From an uncultured delta proteobacterium (GTDB lineage: Bacteria > Myxococcota > Myxococcia > Myxococcales > Myxococcaceae), in assembly GCA_963771175.1 (NCBI GenBank), contig CAVYSY010000010.1:1-64000 (forward strand): a DNA stretch of 64,000 bases, given 5' to 3'. A model generated the notes under the pieces. The model was not told where the DNA came from and searched no databases. It was given only the letters and a program-made list of their open reading frames with translations. Position numbers and translations under genes: made by a program. Positions within the stretch are counted from its first letter, which is position 1; each line of letters begins with the position of its first letter. This document shows positions 19,301 to 31,253 of this stretch, one piece after another.

Positions 19301-21848
19301 AGCGCGCGCAGCGCGTCCTGCCGCGCCGACCTTGAGCTCGGCTGAGCACCTCGTCGGAGCGCACGCTGTCGCCGAGGGCGAGGAGCTGCTCGGCGAGCTC
19401 GCCGCAGCTTCAGCACCATCGCGTCGGACGCGAAGTACGCGTTGAGCTCGTCCTCGTTCTTGAAGGTCTTCGCCCGGCGGCCGACGCCCGACGAGGATGC
19501 GCTCGGCGGCGCCGAAGAGGTTCTGCGCGCGGCGCTGGCGCTCGTCGAGCAGCGCCTGCTTCTTCTGCGCCGAAGGCCTCGAGCACCTCCTCGCGCTTCT
19601 GCGTGAGCTGGCCGAGGAACTCGTCGAACTCGCCGAACCGCCCCTCCAGCTCCTCGAGCTGCACGGTGAGGCTCGAGAGCTGCTCGTCGCACTTCTCCGG
19701 CGTGTCCGCCACGGAGAGCGCGCTCTCGACCGCCTGGCCGAGCAGCTTGAACTGCGCGCCGAACTCGGCCCGCTCCTCGCGGCCGCACGAGCTCCTTGCG
19801 CTTGCGGTCGAGGCCGGCGCGCACGCGGTTGAGGCGGGAGAACAGCTCGGAGATGCCCTCGAGGATGCGCGCGCGCGCCATGGGATCGTCCATCTGCAGG
19901 CCGCCCACCATCTCGCCCAGCACCTCCAGGCCCTTGCCCACCTGCTCGATGTCCGCGCCGAGCGGCTCCAGCTCGCGCGTCGTCTCGATGGGCTCCAGCT
20001 TCTGGAGCAGCACGTCGAGGCGCTCGGCGAGCGGCTGGAGCGCCTCGTCCCGCTGGAGGAACTGCACGGCGGCCGCGCTGACGCGGTCGGACTCCTCGGA
20101 CGACCTGCTTCTCGAGGGCCTCGAGCCGCGCCAGGTCGACGTAGCGGATCTCCTTGAGGGTGATGAGCTGGCCGCGCTGCTTGCGCAGGTCCGTGAGCGC
20201 GTGCATGAAGCCCTCGACGCTCTGGAGCTCCTCGGGCCGCACGCGCAGGAGGACCTGCTCCTGGGCCGTCAGGGCGCTCGGCGAGGGCGTCCTCGGCGCG
20301 CTTGCGCAGGGCGAGGACCTTCTCGAACTCGTCGATGATGAGCTCGGCGGTGCGCCGCAGGGACTCGATGTCCTGCTGGAGTCCCGTCTCCGCGTGCCCG
20401 AGCCAGTAGTAGGCGTCGAGCATGCGGGTGCCGGCGGCGACGAGGTCCTCGTAGGTGCGCCGGGAGGGCTTGTCCGTGCGCGCCATGCGCACGAGCGTCA
20501 GCGCGTCGGAGATGCCGCGCACCAGGTCGGCGTTGCCGACCTTGCCGAGGTAGCCGGGCGCGGGAGGCATCTCCGCGGCGTGCTCGGCGGAGACGAAGGG
20601 CGTCTGCCAGATCTGCATCGGGTGGACGCGGGTGGGCTCGTCGGAGGTGGCGCGGAAGACCACCATGCGCCCGTCGGCGAAGAGGCTGTAGCCGTGGCCG
20701 AGCATCGGGTTCTGCACCTCCTTGCGCATGAGGTTGTACGGGAGGAGGACGTAGGCGCCCTCGTCGTGGCGGAAGAAGACGTAGAGGACGTCCTCGCCGT
20801 TGGGCGAGCGGATGGCGCGCTTGAACTCGAGTCCCTCGCCGATGCCCTCGAAGACCTTGTAGTCGCCGGTCTGGAGGTAGTAGCCGCCGGGGAAGACGAT
20901 GCCCTGGTCCTCGGGGAGGCGGACGCAGGCCTGCCCGATGGCGTCGATGCGCACCACGTGCTGGGTGCGGGTGTTGAAGACGAGGTAGCGGTACTTCTGC
21001 TCGCGGAACGGCAGGACGCGCAGGAGGATGAGGCCGCCCACCTGCGCGTAGGCGAACTCGGCGTCGTCGAGCGACTGGTCCGGGTCGTCCACCGGCTCGC
21101 GGTAGATGCCCAGGCCGTCCGTGGTGTTGTTCTCGACCTTGACGGTGAGGTCGCCCTCCACCGTCTCGACGAACACCTGGTCGAGGACGTTGACGTGCGG
21201 GTGCTGGCCGAGGACGTAGTTCTCGCGCCTGGCCACCGTCCACTCGAAGTCGTGGGACGGGGGGAAGACGTGATCGCGCTCGCCCTGGTTGTCGAGGTAG
21301 GTGGCGTTGCCCTCGGCATCGAGCGCGAAGCGGAAGACCTTGATGTCGCGCGCGACTGGCCCGTCTGGAAGATGGCCAGGAGCCGCGACTCGTTGCGCCG
21401 GAGCTGAAGGAGCTTGCGCGTCCTTGTAGTACTTGTAGAGCTCGCCGAAGTCCTTGACGAAGCGCGGATCCTGCAGGAACCCGCCGGCCTCGGAGGACGG
21501 CACCTGGGAGAAGTCGAAGCCCTCGGCGGTCTGCTCGAACTTGTGCAGCGAGAAGACGTCCGCGACGGACGTCTCCTTCTTCAGGCCGATGAAGACGTTG
21601 TAGCCGAAGAGCAGGTACTTCCCGACGCCGACGATGTCGCGCGGGACGCAGTTGTTCTCGGTGCGGACGCGCTCGTTGCCGATGACGGTGAGCTCGGTGC
21701 CGCCGAAGAGCTTCTTGCGCCGCTCGTTGAGGTCCGCGGCCTTGGTGCCGAGCGCCTCCGCCTGCTCGAGCAGCCGCGCACGGATGACCTCGTAGCTGCC
21801 GCCCTCCAGCGTGGCCTCGCCCGCGGGGGTGGGGCTTTCAGTTGCCAT
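16324..21848 (-). CDS. giant AAA+ 'DNA repair ATPase'-type protein (DUF3686-like); several indels and one in-frame TAG
   Basis: N-terminal GGSYEVIRARL..RTENNCVPRDI, Walker A SPPGYGKT, YLDDIQH, AGNPY, LANRAD. Pieces sit in successive frames; likely true end ...LLQAMQR* at 16324. Confidence 0.8.
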
Positions 21849-21880
21849 CGTCAGTTCACCGAGAAAGTGGGGGAACCGAG

Positions 21881-21922
21881 GATGCACGTCCCCGCCCGAG
21901 CGGGCATGAGGGGACGTGCATC
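21881..21922. repeat. intergenic stem-loop (GATGCACGTCCCC...GGGGACGTGCATC)
   Basis: 13-bp perfect inverted repeat between the flotillin and ATPase genes. Confidence 0.5.
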
Positions 21923-21943
21923 GGTACTCTCAACCCGCGGGGC

Positions 21944-24147
21944 TCAGCCCTGGGTCTTCTCGCCAGGAGCCGAGGCCCGGGCGGGCTCGGCCTCCACGAG
22001 CGACTTCAGGTTGGACGCGGCGGCGGCGGTGGGGCTGGGCGCCATGCGGTGCAGCAGCGCGGCCATGGCCAGGTTCTGCGCGTCGCTGGTGAGGCCCGGC
22101 TTGGAGAGGATCTCCTTGAGGTCCGCGGGCAGGTCCTTCTCGCCGTTGAGGTAGCCGCCGAAGGCCTTGCGCAGCGTCTCGCTCTGGTCGAGCGCGCCGT
22201 CGATGGACTGACCGACGGAGATGGCCTTGACGAAGCGGTCGAAGAACTGGCCGTCGCCGCCGACGATGTTGATCTTGGCGTTGCCGAAGGCCTCGGCGAG
22301 GACCTTGGCCTGGGCCTCGGCGATGTCCTTGCGGACGTTGATGGACTCGAGCTCCACGTCGCGCTCCTTCTCGAGGCGGAGGCGGAACTCCTCGTGCTCG
22401 CGGGTCGCGCCCTGGAGCAGCTTCATCGACTCGGCCTTCTCGGCCAGACCGCGGGCCTCGGCGAGCAGCTTCTCCTCGATGCCCTTGGCCTCGGCGAGCA
22501 GCTTCTCGCGGGCAGCGGCGGCCTCGGCCTCGCCGCGCTTCTGGATGGCGAGGCCTCGGCCTCGCCGATGCTCGCGTGGGCCAGCCCCTTCTCCTTCTCA
22601 CCAGCGGCCTCGGCGAGCAGCTTCTCGCGGGCGGATGCGGCCTCGGCGAGCCCGCGCTCCTTGAGGACGGTGGCCTGGGCCATGCCCTGCTTCTCGATGA
22701 CGGCGGCCTCGGCCTCCTTCACGCGCACCTGGCCAGGCCCTGCTTCTCGACGGCCACCGCGTCGGCCTCCTTCACGCGCACCTCGGCCAGGCCGTGGGCG
22801 GCCGCCTCGGCCTGGATGCCCTCGGCCAGGCGGATCTTCGCCTTCGCCGTCTTGTCGGCGGTCTCGAGCTCGGCCTCGGCGAGGGTGAGCTTCTCCTGCG
22901 CGGTGAACTTGGCCACCTCGTTGCTGGCCTCGGCGGCCTTGATGTCCTTGACGAGCTTCTCCTGCGCCTCGGCCTCGGCGGTGATGAGCAGCGCGTCCTT
23001 GCGGCGCGTGGCCTCGGCCATCACGCGCAGGTCCTTGATGCGCTCCTCCTCCTCGGCCACGGTCTTCTCGACGGCGATGCGGGCGCGGACCACGTCGGCG
23101 ATCTCCTTCTTCTCGGCCTCGAGCTCCTTCTCCTTGCCGATGCCGCGACAGCTCCACCTCGCGCTCGCGGTCGATGGCCTCGAGCGCGCGGTCCTTCTCG
23201 ACGCGCTCGGTCTCGACGCCGACCACGCGCTCGCGGTTCTTCTGCGCGACCTCGACCTGGCGCTGCTTGTTCTGCTCGTTGATCAGGATCTCTTCCTCGG
23301 CCTTGATGCGCGCCAGCTGCTTCTTGGCGTGCTCCTCGGCCTCCACGCGCTCGGCCTCGTCGGCTCGCGCGCCTGCGATGGATCGATCTCCCGCTTCTTC
23401 TTCGCCTCGGCCTCGGCGCGCTGGCGCTCGAGCGCGAAGATCGCCTCGTCGGCCTCGAGGTTCGCTTGGTGATCTCCATGCGCTCGTTCTGGCGGAGCTC
23501 GTTGGTCTGGACGTTCTGCGACGGACGGTGAGCTCGGTGATCTTCCGGATGCCCTCGGCGTCGAGGATGTTGTCCTTGTCGAGCACCTCGAGCGGGGTCT
23601 GCTCGAGGTAGTCGATGGCGCAGTCGTCGAGCATGAAGCCGTTGAGGTCCTTGCCGATGACCTCGATGATCTTGTCCTTGAAGTCGTCGCGCTTGGTGTA
23701 GAGCTCCTCGAAGTCGAAGCTGCTTGCCGACCGTCTTGAGCGCCTCGGAGAACTTGGCGGCGAAGAGCTCCTCGAGGGTCTCCTGATCGCTCGCGCGGGC
23801 GCAGCCGATGGACTGGGCGACCTTGAGCACGTCCTCGCGCGTCTTGTTCACCCGGACGAAGAAGGTGACCTTGATGTCGGCGCGGATGTTGTCCTTGCAG
23901 ATCAGGCCCTCCTTGCCGCGGCGATCGATCTCGATCGTCTTGACGGAGATGTCCATCACCTCGGCCCGGTTGATGATCGGGTAGACGATGGCGCCGGTGA
24001 AGGTGACGAGCGGCTCGCCCTTGATCGTGTTGACGATGAGCGCCTTCCCTGATCCACCTGCCGGTAGAACCTGGAGACGATGAACGCGGAACAGAAGAGG
24101 AAGAAGAGTCCTCCGACGATTCCGGATGCGACGATTGGCAGTTCCAT
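21944..24147 (-). CDS. SPFH/flotillin family protein (YqiK-like), frameshifted in this sequence
   Basis: N-terminal TM helix; GLICKDNIRADIKVTFFVRVN; AIDYLEQTP; long Ala/Glu coiled coil; NIVGGDGQFFDR. Confidence 0.85.
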
Positions 24148-24252
24148 GTCGGTGTCGTTTCCCGAGCGAGTAGACCAGGGGGCTGCGCAAAGGTGGCGAC
24201 CGGGGACCCCCGAAACAACCCGGCGCGCCAGAGACGAATCAGAGGGAAGGAG

Positions 24253-25053
24253 CTACCGCGTCCGCGCCCTGTCCCGCGCGAGCGCGGCGGCGGTGAGCGG
24301 ATCCTTCAGGTGCTCCACCTCTTGCGGGAGGAGCCAGTCCACGGGCTCCACTTCATAGGCATCGCGGGTGGCGTCGTAGCCGAGGATCAGCGCCTTCTCG
24401 CCGCGCTTGAGCTCATTGGCCTTGTCGCACACCACGTTGAGGAGGAGGCCGGCGCCGCCGTCCTCGAAGGTGGCATGGCCGAACTTCCCATCCACGCGGC
24501 CGCTGGCGATGACGCACACGCGGCCCATGAGCTCGGCGCGGCGAGGCGCCTGCTGCGTGGCGAACATGGGACGCAGGGGCCGCACCACCAGGCCGGCGAG
24601 CACCAGGCCCACCGCGAGGCACAGCGCGGCCAGACCCCCGCTGACGAGCGCGCCCGGCAGAGCCCCCAGGGCCTCCTTGGCGGGGCGGGCGAAGGCCAGC
24701 GACATCAACCAGGAGAGGAAGACGACGAAGCTGACGGACACCGTCACCGGGACGCCGCCGAAGCCGAGCACCTCGAAGAAGTTGGCCCCGTCCTTCACGC
24801 TCTCGAGCGAGGCCTTGGCGCCGCCCTCCACCGCGGCCTTGGCACCGCCCTCCACCGCGCCCTTGACGCCTCCCTCGAGCACCTCACCCGCCCCGGCCTT
24901 GGCTCCCAGCGCGAAGTCGCCGAGGTCGCCGTCCAGGAGATCGATGCCCACGGCGCCAATCATCACGGTGAGCCAGTAGCCGACCACCACGCCCAGCGGG
25001 ATGGTGAAGAGCACGGTCGGAAAGGCGAGGATGGCGTTGAGGAACTCGGTCAT
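24253..25053 (-). CDS. YqiJ/NfeD-like membrane protein with C-terminal OB fold
   Basis: FPTVLFT..YW, GGVPVTV, GRVCVI..GRVD..FG.A..DGGAGL. Confidence 0.8.
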   Translation of the reverse strand: MTEFLNAILAFPTVLFTIPLGVVVGYWLTVMIGAVGIDLLDGDLGDFALGAKAGAGEVLEGGVKGAVEGGAKAAVEGGAKASLESVKDGANFFEVLGFGGVPVTVSVSFVVFLSWLMSLAFARPAKEALGALPGALVSGGLAALCLAVGLVLAGLVVRPLRPMFATQQAPRRAELMGRVCVIASGRVDGKFGHATFEDGGAGLLLNVVCDKANELKRGEKALILGYDATRDAYEVEPVDWLLPQEVEHLKDPLTAAALARDRARTR

Positions 25054-25240
25054 CGGACCTGCAAGCAGAGCGGTGGCTGGGAGTCTATTCCAGGGTTACC
25101 GGCGCATGACAGTCCTTCCGGCCGATTTGCCCTCCCCCCGGTTCGGCGAAGGCGAGCAGGGGCACGACCAGGCGTCTGGCCGTACCGGCCCCCCTCCTTC
25201 CTCATGCGATGGGCGGAGGATCCAGGCTAGGTTGCGCGAA

Positions 25241-25942
25241 GTGAGCGAGTACGTCACCCATCGGAACGCCTTGACGGGTGTCAGGCTGGAGTCGCTGCGA
25301 GAAGCCCTGCTCTCCTCGCGCTTCGTGGCGCGGAGCCCGCTGATGGGGACGTTCCAGAGCAGCCGGGGCTTCGCCTTCATCTTCACGGAAGCGGGGCGGG
25401 CGACGCTGGAGGAGCGCTTCCCCTTCCTCCGGGAGTACCTGGCGCTGGTGATGGATCCCGCGAGCTCGCGGGGGCTGTTGCCGTGGCGTGAGCGGCTCTT
25501 CGGCCCGAGCAAGGAGCGACGAAGGCCGAACGCCTTCTACCTGAACCTGCTGCTGCTGGAGCCGGGGCAAGGCGTGGGCCTGCACATCGACGCGACGCTG
25601 CAGGAGCCGAGCGGCGTCCCGGGAGCAACGCCCGAGCACGTGAGCGTGCTGTACGTGAGCGTGCCCGAGCGCGTGAAGGGAGGCGCGCTGGTGCTCGCCC
25701 GGGGGGACGAGCCAGTGGGCAAGGTGCGCCCGAGGACGGGCATGCTGGTGCACTTCCGAGGGGACCTGACGCACGAGGTGCAACCCTTCACGGGAGGCGG
25801 AGAAGGCGCGCTGCGAGCGAGCCTCGTGTGCGAGCAGTACGCGTTCGCGCCCAAGGCGCTGGCGCGCCTGCCCGAGTTCCGCATCCAGTCCAAGGCGGGC
25901 TTCGCGGCGTACCTGGAGGAGCACCGCCAGCGGAGCGCGTGA
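25241..25942 (+). CDS. 2OG-Fe(II) oxygenase family protein
   Basis: HID motif, GGAL, FRGDLTHEV, RASLVCEQY; probable GTG start at 25241. Confidence 0.8.
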   Translation: MSEYVTHRNALTGVRLESLREALLSSRFVARSPLMGTFQSSRGFAFIFTEAGRATLEERFPFLREYLALVMDPASSRGLLPWRERLFGPSKERRRPNAFYLNLLLLEPGQGVGLHIDATLQEPSGVPGATPEHVSVLYVSVPERVKGGALVLARGDEPVGKVRPRTGMLVHFRGDLTHEVQPFTGGGEGALRASLVCEQYAFAPKALARLPEFRIQSKAGFAAYLEEHRQRSA

Positions 25943-25971
25943 CGAGCGCGGTGACTGGATGCCCGGAAACG

Positions 25972-26005
25972 ACAAAGCCCCGCTGACTATCGCCAGCGGG
26001 GCTTC
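25972..26005 (-). terminator. terminator-like hairpin downstream of the tRNA cluster
   Basis: AAGCCCCGCTG...CAGCGGGGCTT stem followed on the minus strand by a short T-rich tail. Confidence 0.6.
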
Positions 26006-26013
26006 GCGTTCGA

Positions 26014-26088
<75 letters not shown>

Positions 26089-26161
26089 ACATGTCTTGCT
26101 TCTTGCTGCCTTCAACGACAAAGCCCCGCTGGCTCTGCACCAGCGGGGCCTCGTCTCCCAA

Positions 26162-26236
<75 letters not shown>

Positions 26237-26309
26237 ACATGTCTTGCTTCTTGCTGCCCTCAACGACAAAGCCCCGCTGGCTCTACACCAGCGGGGCCTC
26301 ATCTCCCAA

Positions 26310-26384
<75 letters not shown>

Positions 26385-26469
26385 ACACCGTTTGCTGCTT
26401 TGCTTTCCGCTCTATCTCAAACACCAGAGACCCTGTCATTCATTTCCGACAGAACACCTGGAATTTCGA

Positions 26470-26544
<75 letters not shown>

Positions 26545-26561
26545 GCGTCGAAGCGGGAGGG

Positions 26562-26590
26562 TAAGTACCGCCCTCCCCCTATACCGTCAA
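26562..26590 (-). promoter_or_regulatory. possible sigma70-type promoter of the tRNA operon
   Basis: Minus strand reads TTGACG-N17-TACTTA; the -10 element is imperfect. Confidence 0.35.
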
Positions 26591-26659
26591 CTCCTTTTTA
26601 CCGAACGCCGGGCGGCACGTTCTTCATTCCGTGCCGCCCGCGATCGAGGCGCGACAGCG

Positions 26660-28708
26660 CTACTTGCCCTGCTTCTGCTTGAACAGATCGGCGAAGGTCC
26701 CGAGTCCCTTCTTGCCACCACCAACCGGCTGCTGGGTCTTCGCCCACGCCTCGACCTCCGCGCGCTCCTCGGCCCGCTCGGCGGCGGTGATGGAGAGACG
26801 GATCTTCCCGGAGGCGTCGATGTCCACCAGGGCCACCTTCAGCTCCTGGCCGAGCGAGAACTTCTTGCGCAGATCGGTGCCGCGCTCGGTGCCCGTCTCG
26901 CTGGCGGGGATGAGGCCCTTGCCGCCCGGGAAGACGAGGAACACGCCGTAGGGCTCGATGCGATCCACCTTGCCCACCACCACCTGGCCCACCTTCGGAC
27001 GAGGAGCCGCGGGCTCGGCGGCCTTCTTCTCCTCGGTGGCGGCCGGACGCTCCTCGGCGGGGCGCTGGGCCTCCTCCTCGGTGATCTTGCGCAGGCCGAT
27101 GCGCTTGTCATGGGTGTCGATCTTCTCCACCTGCACCCAGATGGTCTCGCCCTCCTGCACCACGTCGCGCGGGTGCGCGATGCGGCGGTCGGACAGCGCG
27201 GAGATGTGCACCAGGCCGTCCACGCCCGGACGCAGCTCCACGAAGGCGCCGAAGGGCTGCAGCCGCACCACCTTGCCCTGGAGCCGGTCGCCCTCCTTGA
27301 TCTCCGCGATCGCCGTCTTGAAGGGATCCTCCTGGCGGGCGCGCATGGAGAGCGTGATCCGCTCCTTCTGCTTGGACTTGTCCGGCGAGTTGGGCTGGGC
27401 GGCCTCCATGCGGAGGATCTCCACCTCCACCTCGTCGCCCTGCTTCACCACCTCGCTCGGGTGGCCCACGCGCGTGTAGGACAGCTCGGAGACGGGGATC
27501 ATCCCCTCCACGCCGCCCAGGTCCACGAACACGCCGAAGTCACGCACGCCGGAGACCTTGCCCTTGACGACCTTGCCCTCGGCGAGCGTCTCGCGCGTCT
27601 TGGCCGCGAGCTGACGCTGCTCATCCTCGAGCAGGGAGCGGCGCGAGAGCACCACGTTGCGATCCCGGACCTCGGTGACGCGGAACGTGAGCTTCTCGCC
27701 GACGAACTGCTCCGGCTTCTCCACGAAGCGGAGGTCGAGCTGGCTGATGGGGCAGAAGGCGCGCACGTCGCCGATCGCCACCTCCACGCCGCCCTTGTTC
27801 ACGGAGAGGACCATGCCCTCCACCGGCATGCCGGAGGCGCGGGCCTCGGCCAGCATCGCCATGTTGGCGCTGCCCTTGGCCAGCGCGCGGCTCAGGAGGA
27901 TGCCCCGAGCGCCCGCCTCGATGACGTGCGCCTCGATGGTGTCACCCACGCCGTAGCGCAGGACGCCCTCGTCGTCCTTGAGCTCGCGCAGCTCGATCAT
28001 CGCCTCGCTCTTGGCGTTGGACAGCGACACGAAGGCCGTGTCCGCGCCGAGCTGGAAGATGGTGCCCGAGACCTTCTCGCCGATGCGCACCGCGCGCTTG
28101 CCGGGCACGCCGCCCTCCTTCTGCTGCGCCGCGAACATCTCCTCGAAGGACTCCGTCTCGGGGACCTCCTCGTAGAGCGCGGTGCTGGGAGCCCGGGGCG
28201 TCGGAGTCGGAGTCGGAACCACCGGGGCGACCGGAGCCGGAGCCACGGCCTCGGTCGTCGCCGCGGGCTCGGCCGGGGCAGCGGCCGTCGGGGCCGGCGT
28301 CACCGGACCGCGCGTCTCCACCGCGCCCGAGGCGCGCTTCACCACCACCATGGGACCCTGGGGCCGGCGCTCGCCGCCACCGCGGCCACCGCGCTCGCCA
28401 CCACCGCGACCGCCACGCTCGCCACCACGGCCGCCGCGCGGACCGCGATCCTCACGGGGAGCGGCCTGCGGAGCACCGGCCGCGCCCTCGGCGGGCTTCG
28501 CCGGACGGGCCTCGCGCTCGCCACCCCGCTCACCGCGCGGGCGCTCCGAGCCACCGCGGTCCCGGCCACCGCGCTCCTCGCGCTCGCCGCCACGGCCCGC
28601 CGGGATGCCAAGCATCACGTCTCCAAAGGTGGCCTTGGGCTTCTTGGGACCGAAGCCACCCGCACCGCCGCCACCAGAACCAACGGAACCGTTCTTGTCG
28701 TCGCTCAC
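26660..28708 (-). CDS. multi-S1-domain RNA-binding protein (RpsA-like) with an RGG-rich N-terminal extension
   Basis: Repeated S1 motifs (RAFCPISQLD, FGVFVDLGGVEG, FGAFVEL..GVDGLVHIS, YGVF); probable GTG start VSDDKNG. Confidence 0.85.
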   Translation of the reverse strand: MSDDKNGSVGSGGGGAGGFGPKKPKATFGDVMLGIPAGRGGEREERGGRDRGGSERPRGERGGEREARPAKPAEGAAGAPQAAPREDRGPRGGRGGERGGRGGGERGGRGGGERRPQGPMVVVKRASGAVETRGPVTPAPTAAAPAEPAATTEAVAPAPVAPVVPTPTPTPRAPSTALYEEVPETESFEEMFAAQQKEGGVPGKRAVRIGEKVSGTIFQLGADTAFVSLSNAKSEAMIELRELKDDEGVLRYGVGDTIEAHVIEAGARGILLSRALAKGSANMAMLAEARASGMPVEGMVLSVNKGGVEVAIGDVRAFCPISQLDLRFVEKPEQFVGEKLTFRVTEVRDRNVVLSRRSLLEDEQRQLAAKTRETLAEGKVVKGKVSGVRDFGVFVDLGGVEGMIPVSELSYTRVGHPSEVVKQGDEVEVEILRMEAAQPNSPDKSKQKERITLSMRARQEDPFKTAIAEIKEGDRLQGKVVRLQPFGAFVELRPGVDGLVHISALSDRRIAHPRDVVQEGETIWVQVEKIDTHDKRIGLRKITEEEAQRPAEERPAATEEKKAAEPAAPRPKVGQVVVGKVDRIEPYGVFLVFPGGKGLIPASETGTERGTDLRKKFSLGQELKVALVDIDASGKIRLSITAAERAEERAEVEAWAKTQQPVGGGKKGLGTFADLFKQKQGK

Positions 28709-28976
28709 AGCCAGGACCTTCCTGAACGAAATCCAACGAAATCCAGCGCGGGGAGACCAGGCCCCCGACTGGGGAAAAAGGCGGCGCACTCTACACGCGC
28801 GCCGTGCTTGGACGGAAGATGCATGTGCGCTTCTTCCACCAAGCGTGTCGGCAACCCCTCCATAACGCGACCCGTCGGAGGTGCCATCCCTATTGTGGGG
28901 AAAAACCCTCACCCCCGGAGGCTCGCCCGCTCTCCAATCGCTGGGGAGCAACCCCTCCCGGCGGGAGAGGAAGGGC

Positions 28977-30684
28977 TCAGCGGGCCGCCTTCCGGCGCCG
29001 GAGGACCCGGTTCAGCACGGACTTCGCCTCGGGAATACCCAGGGCGTCCGTGATACCGAAGTACACCGCCCCGAACGGCAGCACCACCACCAAGAAGAGG
29101 AGGATCGGGTGCAGGTCCGGCGGGGCCAGGATACTCCCTCCCCACTCCTGCGCCACCCTGGGCATGGGCCCCAACACCCGGGCCAGCGCCACCTTGATGC
29201 CCAGTGCCGTCAGCCCCGCCGCGATCGCCGCCCCCCAGAGCTTCACCATCCCCGGCATCGTCACCTGCCCGATCTTCTCGACGAGCGCCCGCCGCAGCAT
29301 CCGTGCCTCGAGCCAGGCCATCAGCCCGCCGGACAGCGGCAAGAAGGCCGTCCCCAGGTGCGCCGGCAGCCCCACGAGTCCCGGCAACCGCAGCGCCAGG
29401 AACCAGGCCAGGGCCGCCCCCACGCCTACCCGTATCGCCGCGAAGCGCAGCGGCGTGCGCGGGTCCTTCAGCGCGTAGAAGGCCGAGGCGTACAGGCGCC
29501 CCAGCGTGGAGGCCACCAGGCCCACCGAGGCGCCCATCAGCAGGTACCAGAGGAAGCGCGTGTCCGCGCCGGTGAAGCGGCCCGTCTGCAGCAGCGCCGC
29601 CCGCCACCACGTCTCCGATGAAGAGGAACGCCGCCGCCGAGGGCACCACGAAGAAGGCGATGCGGCGCGAGCCCGCCTCGAGCCGCGTGCGCAGCTTGGC
29701 CGGCCACCTCCTCCCCCGCCCCGGCCGCGCGCGACATCTCCGGCAACTCGGCCGCGGAGACCGCCATGCCGAAGAGGCTCACGGGCATGAGGTAGAGGGT
29801 CTGCGCGTAGGTCAGCGTGGACAGCGCCCGGTCGGCGACGAGCGAGGCGTACGGCGTGTCCACGTAGGCGCTCACCTGCACCACGCCGCGGCCGACCACC
29901 ACCGGTGCCGAAGCTGCGCAGCACCTGGCGCACGGACTCGCTGGCCACGGACAGGGTCGGCCGGAAGCCCCCGAGCAGCCCGAAGCACCGAGGGCACCTG
30001 CACCGCGAACTGCAGGAAGCTGCCCGCCACCACGCCATAGGCAGACCACCACCACCAGCCGCTCCGCCTCCAGCCCGCGCCAGCCCGCCGACCACCAGCG
30101 TGGCGATGATGGCCAGGTTCCACACCACCGGCGCCAGCGTACGAGAGGAGGAACTTCCGGTGGCTGTTGAGGATGCCCAGGCACCACGCCGACAGCACCA
30201 GCACGCCGGTGCCCGGGAAGAGGATGCGGACGAGCTGGATGGCCATGGCCCGCGCCTCGCCCTCGAAGCCCGGGGCGATGGTGTCCACGAAGAACGGCGT
30301 GGCGAGCATTCCCACCGCCACCATCACGCTCGTGGCCAGCGCGAGCAGCCCGAACACCGCCCCCGCGACCCGATCGGCCTCCTTCGTGTCCCCCTTGCCC
30401 AGCAGCCCCGCGTACACCGGGATGAACGAGCCGGAGAGCACGCCCTCGCCGAAGAGGTTCTGCAGGAAGTTGGGGATGCGCAGCGCCGCCTTGAACACGG
30501 CGGCGAGCACCCCGTTGCCCAGGTAGTGCGCGAAGACCCGCTCGCGCACCAGGCCCATCAGCCGCGAGGCCATGATGCCCGCGGCGACCAACAGCGCGCC
30601 GCCACTTCGGGCAGGGGCGCCCCGGGAGGCGGAACGGGTTTCGGGAACGGCGGAAGCGTCGGAGCGAGGGGCGGGAACGGTCAA
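28977..30684 (-). CDS. murJ: lipid II flippase MurJ (frameshifted in this sequence)
   Basis: SRLMGLVRE, AALRIPNFLQNLFGEG.LSGSFIPVY, AFYALKDPRTP. Confidence 0.9.
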
Positions 30685-30790
30685 GCGGCCCGGACTCTAT
30701 GCGGAGCGTTCACCCGCTTGAAGCAAGAAGACCCCCGGCCCATGGTTTCCCTTGACGGTGCCCCCTGCGGGCGCAATGGTCAGCGCTTCC

Positions 30791-31226
30791 ATGGCTGGTC
30801 CCCCAGACAACGACCTCCCGACCGACGTCGCGCTCGTCCGCCGGGTGCTCGCACGCGAACTGGAGACCATCAACGAGTACGAGGCCTTCGCTCGGGCCGC
30901 CTCCCGCCCGGAGGTCCGCGACTTCTTCCTGCACCTCGCCGCCGAGGAGAAGGAGCACGTCGCCGAGGCCGTCCACATGATCCGCCTCCTCGACGCGGGG
31001 CAGGAGGCCCACTTCGCCAAGCCCGTCGTCGCGGGCCACTTCCAGGGAGCCCTCGAGCGCAGGTGCCCCCGAGGGTGCTCGACCTCCCGCCCCCGCCACT
31101 CCTGCTCCGGCGGCGCCGGCCCCTGTCCTGCTTCAACCCGAGCGCGTCGTCTACGGCGTGCCAGCCCCCCCGCCCAGCCCGGGCGCCCAACCCTTCACCG
31201 TCGGCTCGCTGCGGCGCAGCCGCTGA
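30791..31226 (+). CDS. encB: ferritin-like encapsulin cargo protein (EncB-like), frameshift in the linker
   Basis: ELETINEYE...AEEKEH ferroxidase-like motifs. The C-terminal targeting peptide FTVGSLRRSR* in a shifted frame matches the myxobacterial LTVGSLRR motif. Confidence 0.9.
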
Positions 31227-31253
31227 CCGTCCGTACCTCTCAGGAGCTTCCCC

